Positions 49,703-61,110 of a stretch of 64,000 bases of DNA are shown here, piece after piece. Source of the stretch: Malacoraja senta (Eukaryota); the NCBI GenBank assembly GCA_038087875.1, contig JAXLNO010006061.1:62001-126000 (forward strand), read 5' to 3'. Under the pieces are notes generated by a model. That model did not search any database. It saw only the letters and a program-made list of their open reading frames with translations, and was not told the DNA's origin. The position numbers were made by a program, and so were the translations under genes. Each line of letters opens with the position of its first letter. Positions within the stretch are counted from its first letter, which is position 1.

Positions 49703-50687
49703 ATGAAGATTTCGTGTTGGTGGGTCGTGTGTTGGGTGGTTACCCAACTATGTAAGCATACAGAGTGTTCAAATGCAGGAAAGTGGTAGGTATTGGATAT
49801 GTGCAGATAGAACAGGGAGAATGAGCCTAAGGATTTGAAGATAATGATAGTAGCAGGAGAAACAGAATTAAGGCAATTATATGAGGAGGGAATACCTACA
49901 GGAGGGAAGGGAGCCAACACCTGGCTTGCCTGGATGATGTACACGGCCAGGAGTATGCAACACACCAATTGCTACGCCTGTGCCGGAGCTAAGCCTCAGC
50001 TGGTTCCAGAACCATTTCCCTTGAATTGGGATAGGACACCTGGGGCTATGTCATGTATACTACAGCTATTCACGAATCCCATCCTACCAAAGGATGCGAC
50101 CTGCCAGAGTTATCATTACCTATTCCCGGCTAGCAACAACAATACAAAGGGCCGAAGGACAGACACTTCAACACACACATATATATATAGATGCGATAGG
50201 GGTGCCAAGAGGGGTACCCGATGAATTCAAAGCCAGAAACCAGATAGCTGCGGGCTTTGAGTCCATACTCTTCTGGTGGTCCACACTTAATAAAAATGTG
50301 GACTGGATCAACTACCTATACTACAATCAACAACGCTTTATAAATTACACTCGAGATGCGGTTGAAGGATTAGCGGAACAACTGACAGATACCAGCCTAA
50401 TGGCCTGGCAAAATCGCATGGCCTTAGACATGCTACTGGCTGAGAAGGGAGGGGTGTGTGTAATGTTTGGGGAACAATGTTGCACCTTCATCCCCAACAA
50501 CACTGCTCCTGATGGGTCAGTATCGAGAGCCCTAGCAGGTCTCACCTCCCTGTCTATCGAATTGCCCGAGAACTCCGGAGTAGACACCTCCTGGACCGCT
50601 AGACTCCTGGTTTGGGAAATGGAAGCACATCTTTACATCAGCCCTAACATCAGTGGTAGTTATGATGGGGTTGCTGTGCCTATTTAA
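49703..50687 (+). pseudogene. env: Retroviral env, frameshifted and internally deleted
   Basis: SU CYAC motif; TM GVPRGVPDEFKARNQIAAGFES..WINY.YYNQQRF; immunosuppressive domain WQNRMALDMLLAEKGGVC; CX6CC (CVMFGEQCC). Confidence 0.9.
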
Positions 50688-50802
50688 AACAAAGTATGAC
50701 CAGCGAGAGGAAGATAAGGAGGCGAAGATTCTGCTGCTAGCATTAGAGAAGGGGCAGATAGTCTAAATCAAAGATTGCAGTAGCAAAAGTAAAAGTGTGG
50801 AT

Positions 50803-51330
50803 TGTGAGGAAGGGGTTAATAGGTATGTTGATTTAGACAAGAACCCTTTGTATAGTAGGGAGGATAGGGGGAGTGAAGAACGAGCACAGATGGTCACTTT
50901 TTCAAGGATGAGAACAGAGAAGATAAGGAGACCGTCCAGGATAGAACTAGGGTAAGGGTCATAAGAAACACTCTGTGCGCATGGGCAATGAACTTACATG
51001 AATATGTACACACACCCACTATGACAAGATGTCTCATTTAAATGCACATGCGATGCATGATATGGGAGGTGTCTTTGACGTCGGGTGGACGTTCCAGGAC
51101 GTTCTCGTGGGAATGTGGGCTTTATGTTATGATTGGAAGAAGCACAATGGGGAGGGATGAGGGTGTGACAATGATACCCATGAAATGTATAAAGATAGAA
51201 GACATCCCGATCCTCGGTGTGCCTCTAGGGGACATCAGAGGAGAGGCACCTATTCTGCAGAATATGATTTGAATAAAAAGCTTCTTTGCCGACTTTGTCT
51301 CTAAAAGCGTTTGTGATTTTGAATCTCACA
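50803..51330 (+). promoter_or_regulatory. ERV 3' LTR (528 bp)
   Basis: Matches the 5' LTR and is followed by the TSD. Confidence 0.92.
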
Positions 51331-51335
51331 AGTAT

Positions 51336-52593
51336 TGTTCAATCATCGGTCTTATTCTCAATGTCCAGGGCGAAATCAAGTGCTTCCTTGTGGTCAGTGA
51401 AGAAATATTCCTTCCTCTTGTAGGTAACTCCGTGTTGCGGGATACATCAGTCCATAATCTCAGATCTTGTATATTCTTAAGTATTCTTCTTGTCTCTTGG
51501 TTCCTGGTTCCTTGGTTCTTGTCTCTTGGTTCCTTGTCTCTCACTTCCTGGTGACCTCCACAGGATAATCTCTAAATATACTGATCTTGTCTCCTTCAAA
51601 TAGGAGATCTCTGTTGCGAACGATTTTCTTCATCATATTATCCAAAACATGGCCATATGTCACCTTCACGATCAGTTGTCTTGGGGGGGCGTCCGCCCTT
51701 GGGCGGCGTCCCAGTGCTCTGTGTGCCCGACTTAGTAAGGGTTTTTGATCAAGATTTAAGACTTTTTGTAATAAGTCTGCAGAAAATTCACGGAGGTCAT
51801 GGCTCCCCTCTCTGCCTTCCTGGACGCCCACAATTCTTAAATGTTGTCGTCTCTGACGTCCCTCCAAGTCAATACATTTTTCAGTTATTTTACTCAATGA
51901 GTCTGATAAACGCTTGTTCTCGGAGAGAAGCTTTTTTGTAGTTTCGGCACCTGTCTCAGCAATATCCTCTAATTGAGTTATAGCTGTATTTTGTTGATTT
52001 AATGTCTGGATGATGGTATCCAACTTAGAATTAAAGCTGGATTCCATCGAATTTATTTTAACATTTACCTCTTCGATCTGTAGAGTAAGATTTTCTTCCA
52101 TTGTTATCTTCCAGGCTTCCAACACTTCATGAACAGAGTTTGTAATTTCTTCTTTCATTTATTCTTTAAAGGATTGCAGTTCTTCTTTAAAGTTCAGTTT
52201 TTCTTTAAAACTTTTCAATTGTTCCTTTATACTTGCAATTTCTTGTGAGAGAAAACTTCGAAGTTCCTCTATTTCTGTTTTTTTCGACTTTTGTCTTCTT
52301 TGAAACATCTTTCTGGGACGACGCTAAAACTGAGCCCGAGGCTTCAGTCGGGCCTAGTCCGACTGAGACTTCAGTCCTTGGGCTTCACGGTTGGGCTTTT
52401 CGTCTTGGGGGTGGGGTGGTATGTTAGACAGACATACCGCCGGAGTCGCTCGCCTGATGACGTCACTCACTCGTTGCAAGCAGCCAGAGTGTTATCAGCG
52501 GGTCAGTCCCGTTCTTTTCTCCCCGTTTTCAAACAATTTTGCGTGGAGCTAGCTGGCGCGGACCTCTATTCCTCCATAGCGCCACCGGAAGTC
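51336..52593 (-). mobile_element. Host L1-C 5' UTR and ORF1 (decayed)
   Basis: 5' end AGACTTCCGGTGGCGC; coiled coil followed by LEGRQRRQ.LRIVGVQEG...RAHR, an L1 ORF1 signature. Confidence 0.88.
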
Positions 52594-53856
52594 TATACTC
52601 TAAAGGCAGCCTCACCAACATCTTATATAACTGCAACATGACCTCCCAACTATACTCAATACTCTGACTGATGCAGGCCACTTCCTGCTGTCAAACATTA
52701 AAACTTAGCAATATTACAGTTCTGTACAAGCATCCATGTGCTCTTCCACAATGCCCGAGCTCAGTATGACTTGCAGCACGCCAGTAAAATTATGTCAGGA
52801 GCAACTTAATCCTCTAAAAGCTCAACATAACCAAAAACAAGCAGAGGCTTCAAACTGAAAAATACAAGCTTCATCTTGTCATCTTAAAAAAATGATAAAT
52901 CCAGTTAGTTAATGCAATATTCTATTATTCAAGAGAATAATAAAATGCAACTTTGTGAAAGAGCAGTTTTTGAAATAAGAATATAAGCCAATATTTAAAG
53001 CTTTTGTTCCCCACAGACAATATTATTGCAGGAAATATAAACAAACATGAAAGCTTACAGCTTACATTTAAACTATTAGACAAAATACAGATTTAGTCAT
53101 GCTATTTTGTGCAATATTCAGCAAAGCACCTAATGCTGGATGTCTGTCATTGCTTATGATAATAATGGGTATAATTTGAGTTGATTAAGGAATATTAAAG
53201 TATATTTGGTTTGAATGCATTCAAAAATAACTAGTATTAATTTGCAGAACAAATCCAATGATACCGGTAAAATAGATATAAAAAGCTATAAACACGCCTT
53301 CCACTATAACAAACTATGAAGGATGCTGACGATACAAAGACCTTCTGTTAGAGGGCATTTTGTACTTTACCCATAGTCTATATCTGACTTTACTCAGATA
53401 GGCACAGACACAAATTGAAAAAACTCATAGATCAGTGGCGAGTCTATCTAACATGTCAGTTTAATAAAGGCCTCAGCAAAATACATCGGGAAGCAGTGTG
53501 AGCAAACTCAAACTACTTCAAAATCCTACAATAACTGTAGGATTCTTATACCCTCATGACACAATGGTTACTTGTGGAGTTGAAATAAACAATCATTAAT
53601 CAACGTCTCCCCAAAGTTGACTTAAATCTTGCCTTTCTTGTTGTTTGGAATTCTCCCACCCACTTATCTCACCTGTGGATGCCATAAATGGCCAGATTCC
53701 CCCACCAAATGGAATCCCCTTGTAAAAGTGGCAATTTGTTAACCTTTGCGAGACCTGGCTGCTAAACATAATGACCAAGAGCAGCTGTAATGCAAGATTG
53801 CAACAGATAAGAACCCAGACACAACTGTGAAGGACTATCCTTCCCTCCGACTGATA

Positions 53857-54598
53857 AGAAACATAGAAACATAGACATAGAAACATAGACATAGAAAATA
53901 GGTGCAGGAGGAGGCCATTCGGCCCTTCGAGCCAGCACCACCATTCATTGTGATCATGGTTGATCGTCCCCCATCAATAACCCGTGCCTGCCTTCTCCCC
54001 ATATCCCTTGACTCCACTAGCCCCTAGAGCTCTATCTAACTCTCTCTTAAATCCATCCAATGATTTGGCCTCCACTGCTCTCTGTGGCAGGGAATTCCAT
54101 AAATTCACAACTCTCTGGGTGAAAACATTTTTTTCTCACCTCAGTCTTAAATGACCTCCGCTTTATTCTAAGACTGTGGCCCCTGGTTCTGGACTCGCCC
54201 AACATTGGGAACATTTTTCCTGCATCTAGCTTGTCCAGTCCTTTTATAATTTTATGTTTCTATAAGATCCCCCTCATCCTTCTAAAGTCCAGTGAATACA
54301 AGCCTAGTCTTTTCAATCTTTCCTCATATGATAGTCCCGCCATCCCAGGGATCAATCTCGTGAACCTACGCTGCACTGCCTCAATCACAAGGATGCCCTT
54401 CCTCAAATTAGGAGACCAAAACTGTACACAATACTCCAGATGTGGTCTCACCAGAGCCCTATATAACTGCAGAAGAACCTTTTTACTCCTGTACTGAAAT
54501 CCTCTTGTTATGAAGGCCAACATTCCATTAGCTTTCTTCACTGCCTGCTGTACCTGCACGCCAACTTTCAGTGTACAAGGACACCCAGGTCTCGCTGT
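53857..54598 (-). mobile_element. CR1 3' portion with (TTTCTATGT)n-like tail
   Basis: [24 protein letters not shown] motif; tail at 53857-53897. Confidence 0.9.
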
Positions 54599-57500
54599 AG
54601 GTGGACCAGGTGGAAGGACCCTTTAAACCTGAAGACAAGGTGTATGTATGAGTTTTCTAAACTACCGACCGATGTTGATATACCTGGTACCATTTCAATA
54701 ATACCCGAGGGCTGTCCCGCAGGTACGAATAGATAATAGCCCTGAGGTAAGTGAACAGGAGGACAAAGATGTGAGAAAAGAGTAGAGTTTGAACAAGAAC
54801 GTTGTTTGACATCAGTGGTGGGCAAAATAATGGAAAGGATACTTAAGACGACATATAAGAATTTGGATAAATAGGGTAGGATTAGGAAGAATTAGCATGG
54901 ATTTGTGATTGTGATGTTTGACTAATCTTGAATTTTTTGAAAAGGTTATTAGGGAAATTGATGAGGGTAAAGTGATGGATGTTGTCTAGATGAACTTCAG
55001 TAAGGCCTTTGACAAGGTTCAATAAGGAAATAAGGTTGGTTAAGAAGGGTTAGTAAGGAATAGCAAGATGGATTAAAAAGTGGCTGTATGGGAGATGTCA
55101 GAGAGCAATGGTGGATGGATGTTTGTCAGGTTGGAGGTCAGTGACTAGAAGGGTACCTCGGGGATGTTTGTTGGGTCCACTGTTGTTTGTCATGTGAATC
55201 AATAATCTGGATGTTGGTGTGGTAAAATAGATTAATAAGTATGTAGATGATACTAAGATAGGTGGTGTTGTGAATAATGAAGTAGATTTTAGAAGTGTAC
55301 AGAGAGATTTAGATCATTTGGAAGAATGGGTTGAAACATGACAGATAGGTTTAATGTTGATAAGTGTGAGATGATACATCTTGGCAGGACAAATCAAAAT
55401 TGAATGTACATGGTAAATGATTGTGAATTGAGGAATGAAGTTGAATAGAGGGATCTAGGAATAACTGTACATAGTTCCCTGAAGGTGGAATTTCATGAAG
55501 ATAGGATGGTAAAGAAAGATTTTGGTGTGTTGGCCTTTATAAATCAGAGCATTGTGTATAGAAGTTGGGTTGTAATGTTAAATTGTACAAGGTATTGGTG
55601 AGGTAAATTGTGGAGTATGGTGTATAATTTTGGTAGGCATAATTATAGGAAGGATGTCAACAAAATAGAGAGAGTACAGAGGAGATCAATTAGAATGTTG
55701 ACTGGGTTTCAGCAACTAAGACACAGAGAAAGGTTGAACAAGTTAGGTCTTTATTACTTAGGAAAGATAGAAGGGGTCCCAACAAATACAAGGGGATGAT
55801 GTATTCCTAAGGAACTATTTACTGGCAGTATCTCGTTCTATTACAGAATTAAGAACCAAGGGGCTGCTGGCACAGAGTCCCCATCTCGACTTTCCAATCC
55901 ATTCTGTGAAAGCAGGGGACTGGGATCTTGTAACATCATGGAAGGAAGAAAAGCTGCAACCTAAGTGGACTGGACCCTACCTGGTGTTACTAATCACCGA
56001 GACAGCAGTACGAACAAAAGAAAAAGGGTGGACACATGCAAGCCGATTTAAGGGACCTGTGGAGGCCCCACCAAACAATATCAGCCCGTGGACTGTGCGC
56101 AAAGGAGAGGAACCATTGACTTTAATATTTAACAAGAACCCGCGGGAAAAATGAAGATTTCGTGTTGGTGGGTCGTGTGTTGGGTGGTTACCCAACTATG
56201 TAAGCATACAGAGTGTTCAAATGCAGGAAAGTGGTAGGTATTGGATATGTGCAGATAGAACAGGGAGAATGAGCCTAAGGATTTGAAGATAATGATAGTA
56301 GCAGGAGAAACAGAATTAAGGCAATTATATGAGGAGGGAATACCTACAGGAGGGAAGGGAGCCAACACCTGGCTTGCCTGGATGATGTACACGGCCAGGA
56401 GTATGCAACACACCAATTGCTACGCCTGTGCCGGAGCTAAGCCTCAGCTGGTTCCAGAACCATTTCCCTTGAATTGGGATAGGACACCTGGGGCTATGTC
56501 ATGTATACTACAGCTATTCACGAATCCCATCCTACCAAAGGATGCGACCTGCCAGAGTTATCATTACCTATTCCCGGCTAGCAACAACAATACAAAGGGC
56601 CGAAGGACAGACACTTCAACACACACATATATATATAGATGCGATAGGGGTGCCAAGAGGGGTACCCGATGAATTCAAAGCCAGAAACCAGATAGCTGCG
56701 GGCTTTGAGTCCATACTCTTCTGGTGGTCCACACTTAATAAAAATGTGGACTGGATCAACTACCTATACTACAATCAACAACGCTTTATAAATTACACTC
56801 GAGATGCGGTTGAAGGATTAGCGGAACAACTGACAGATACCAGCCTAATGGCCTGGCAAAATCGCATGGCCTTAGACATGCTACTGGCTGAGAAGGGAGG
56901 GGTGTGTGTAATGTTTGGGGAACAATGTTGCACCTTCATCCCCAACAACACTGCTCCTGATGGGTCAGTATCGAGAGCCCTAGCAGGTCTCACCTCCCTG
57001 TCTATCGAATTGCCCGAGAACTCCGGAGTAGACACCTCCTGGACCGCTAGACTCCTGGTTTGGGAAATGGAAGCACATCTTTACATCAGCCCTAACATCA
57101 GTGGTAGTTATGATGGGGTTGCTGTGCCTATTTAAAACAAAGTATGACCAGCGAGAGGAAGATAAGGAGGCGAAGATTCTGCTGCTAGCATTAGAGAAGG
57201 GGCAGATAGTCTAAATCAAAGATTGCAGTAGCAAAAGTAAAAGTGTGGATTGTGAGGAAGGGGTTAATAGGTATGTTGATTTAGACAAGAACCCTTTGTA
57301 TAGTAGGGAGGATAGGGGGAGTGAAGAACGAGCACAGATGGTCACTTTTTCAAGGATGAGAACAGAGAAGATAAGGAGACCGTCCAGGATAGAACTAGGG
57401 TAAGGGTCATAAGAAACACTCTGTGCGCATGGGCAATGAACTTACATGAATATGTACACACACCCACTATGACAAGATGTCTCATTTAAATGCACATGCG

Positions 57501-60500
57501 ATGCATGATATGGGAGGTGTCTTTGACGTCGGGTGGACGTTCCAGGACGTTCTCGTGGGAATGTGGGCTTTATGTTATGATTGGAAGAAGCACAATGGGG
57601 AGGGATGAGGGTGTGACAATGATACCCATGAAATGTATAAAGATAGAAGACATCCCGATCCTCGGTGTGCCTCTAGGGGACATCAGAGGAGAGGCACCTA
57701 TTCTGCAGAATATGATTTGAATAAAAAGCTTCTTTGCCGACTTTGTCTCTAAAAGCGTTTGTGATTTTGAATCTCACAAGTATTGTTCAATCATCGGTCT
57801 TATTCTCAATGTCCAGGGCGAAATCAAGTGCTTCCTTGTGGTCAGTGAAGAAATATTCCTTCCTCTTGTAGGTAACTCAGTGTTGCGGGATACATCAGTC
57901 CATAATCTCAGATCTTGTATATTCTTAAGTATTCTTCTTGTCTCTGTAAACAGCGCTCTCTTCCTGGTGACCTCCACAGGATAATCTCTAAATATACTGA
58001 TCTTGTCTCCTTCAAATAGGAGATCTCTGTTGCGAACGATTTTCTTCATCATATTATCCAAAACATGGCCATATTGCACCTTGACTATCAGTTGTCTTGG
58101 GGGGGCGTCCGCCCTTGGGCGGCGTCCCAGTGCTCTGTGTGCCCGACTTAGTAGGGGTTTTTGATCAAGATTTAAGACTTTTTGTAATAAGTCTGCAGAA
58201 AATTCACGGAGGTCACGGCTCCCCTCTCTGCCTTCCTGGACGCCCACAATTCTTAAATTTTGTCGTCTCTGACGTCCCTCCAAGTCAATACATTTTTCAG
58301 TTATTTTACTCAATGAGTCTGATAAACGCTTGTTCTCGGAGAGAAGCTTTTTTGTAGTTTCGGCACCTGTCTCAGCAATATCCTCTAATTGAGTTATAGC
58401 TGTATTTTGTTGATTTAATGTCTGGATGATGGTATCCAACTTAGAATTAAAGCTGGATTCCATCGAATTTATTTTAACATTTACCTCTTCGATCTGTAGA
58501 GTAAGATTTTCTTCCATTGTTATCTTCCAGGCTTCCAACACTTCATGAACAGAGTTTGTAATTTCTTCTTTCATTTATTCTTTAAAGGATTGCAGTTCTT
58601 CTTTAAAGTTCAGTTTTTCTTTAAAACTTTTCAATTGTTCCTTTATACTTGCAATTTCTTGTGAGAGAAAACTTCGAAGTTCCTCTATTTCTGTTTTTTT
58701 CGACTTTTGTCTTCTTTGAAACATCTTCCTGGGACGACGCTAAAACTGAGCCCGAGGCTTCAGTCGGGCCTAGTTCGACTGAGACTTCAGTCCTTGGGCT
58801 TCACGGTTGGGCTTTTCGTCTTGGGGGTGGGGGGGTATGTTAGACATACCGCCGGAGTCGCTCGCCTGATGACGTCACTCACTCGTTGCAAGCAGCCAGA
58901 GTGTTATCAGCGGGTCAGTCCCGTTCTTTTCTCCCCGTTTTCAAACAATTTTGCGTGGAGCTAGCTGGCGCGGACCTCTATTCCTCCATAGCACCACCGG
59001 AAGTCTATACTCTAAAGGCAGCCTCACCAATATCTTATATAACTGCAACATGACCTCCCAACTATACTCAATACTCTGACTGAGGCAGGCCACTTCCTGC
59101 TGTCAAACATTAAAACTTAGCAATATTACAGTTCTGTACAAGCATCCATGTGCTCTTCCACAATGCCCGAGCTCAGTATGACTTGCAGCACGCCAGTAAA
59201 ATTATGTCAGGAACAACTTAATCCTCTAAAAGCTCAACATAACCAAAAACAAGCAGAGGCTTCAAACTGAAAAATACAAGCTTCATCTTGTCATCTTAAA
59301 AAAATGATAAATCCAGTTAGTTAGTGCAATATTCTATTATTCAAGAGAATAATAAAATGCAACTTTGTGAAAGAGCAGTTTTTGAAATAAGAATATAAGC
59401 CAATATTTAAAGCTTTTGTTCCCCACAGACAATATTATTGCAGGAAATATAAACAAACATGAAAGCTTACAGCTTACATTTAAACTATTAGACAAAATAC
59501 AGATTTAGTCATGCTATTTTGTGCAATATTCAGCAAAGCACCTAATGCTGGATGTCTGTCATTGCTTATGATAATAATGGGTATAATTTGAGTTGATTAA
59601 GGAATATTAAAGTATATTTGGTTTGAATGCATTAAAAAATAACTAGTATTAATTTGCAGAACAAATCCAATGATACCGGTAAAATAGATATAAAAAGCTA
59701 TAAACACGCCTCCCACTATAACAAACTATGAAGGATGCTGAGGATACAAAGACCTTCTGTTAGAGGGCATTTTGTACTTTACCCATAGTCTATATCTGAC
59801 TTTACTCAGATAGGCACAGACACAAATTGAAAAAACTCATAGATCAGTGGCGAGTCTATCTAACATGTCAGTTTAATAAAGGCCTCAGCAAAATACATCG
59901 GGAAGCAGTGTGAGCAAACTCAAACTACTTCAAAATCCTACAATAACTGTAGGATTCTTATACCCTCATGACACAATGGTTACTTGTGGAGTTGAAATAA
60001 ACAATCATTAATCAACGTCTCCCCAAAGTTGACTTAAATCTTGCCTTTCTTGTTGTTTGGAATTCTCCCACCCACTTATCTCACCTGTGGATGCCATAAA
60101 TGGCCAGATTCGCCCACCAAATGGAATCCCCTTGTAGAAGTGGCAATTTGTTAACCTATGCGAGACCTGGCTGCTAAACATAATGACCAAGAGCAGCTGT
60201 AATGCAAGATTGCAACAGATAAGAACCCAGACACAACTGTGAAGGACTATCCTTCCCTCCGACTGATAAGAAACATAGAAACGTAGACATAGAAACATAG
60301 ACATAGAAAATAGGTGCAGGAGGAGGCCATTCGGCCCTTCGAGCCAGCACCACCATTCATTGTGATCATGGTTGATCGTCCCCCATCAATAACCCGTGCC
60401 TGCCTTCTCCCCATATCCCTTGACTCCACTAGCCCCTAGAGCTCTATCTAACTCTCTCTTAAATCCATCCAATGATTTGGCCTCCACTGCTCTCTGTGGC

Positions 60501-61011
60501 AGGGAATTCCATAAATTCACAACTCTCTGGGTGAAAACGTTTTTTTCTCACCTCAGTCTTAAATGACCTCCGCTTTATTCTAAGACTGTGGCCCCTGGTT
60601 CTGGACTCGCCCAACATTGGGAACATTTTTCCTGCATCTAGCTTGTCCAGTCCTTTTATAATTTTATGTTTCTATAAGATCCCCCTCATCCTTCTAAAGT
60701 CCAGTGAATACAAGCCTAGTCTTTTCAATCTTTCCTCATATGATAGTCCCGCCATCCCAGGGATCAATCTCGTGAACCTACGCTGCACTGCCTCAATCAC
60801 AAGGATGTCCTTCCTCAAATTAGGAGACCAAAACTGTACACAATACTCCAGATGTGGTCTCACCAGAGCCCTATACAACTGCAGAAGAACCTTTTTACTC
60901 CTGTACTGAAATCCTCTTGTTATGAAGGCCAACATTCCATTAGCTTTCTTCACTGCCTGCTGTACCTGCACGCCAACTTTCAGTGTACAAGGACACCCAG
61001 GTCTCGCTGTA
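54599..61011. repeat. Tandem segmental duplication 2, unit 2 (3' ERV half with env and LTR 57251-57778, L1-C ORF1, CR1)
   Basis: About 99.5% identical to unit 1, apart from a 47-for-15-bp replacement and a 4-bp indel. Confidence 0.95.
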
Positions 61012-61110
61012 CCTCCCCCTTACCTAACCTAACCCCATTGAGATAATAATCTGCTCCCTTGTTTTTGCCGCCAAAGTGGATAACCTCACAATTATCTATA
61101 TTATACTGCA

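Larger units (their letters stand above)
45303..51330 (+). mobile_element. Class I (gamma/epsilon-like) endogenous retrovirus, internally deleted
   Basis: Two LTRs with TGTGAG...CTCACA ends; 5-bp TSD AGTAT (45298-45302 / 51331-51335); PBS; decayed gag and integrase remnants (~47000-48150); integrase C-terminus QPKWTGPYLVLLITETAV (49458-49706); env; purine tract before the 3' LTR. Confidence 0.93.
48151..54598. repeat. Tandem segmental duplication 2, unit 1 (6,448 bp)
   Basis: The ORF track repeats at offsets 6448, 6416 and 6412; junction GCTGTA|GGTGGACC at 54598/54599. Confidence 0.95.

Noticed and set aside
49703-50687. env as a domesticated syncytin-like gene
   Set aside because: It is frameshifted, SU is internally deleted, the membrane anchor is out of frame, and it sits in a young provirus.
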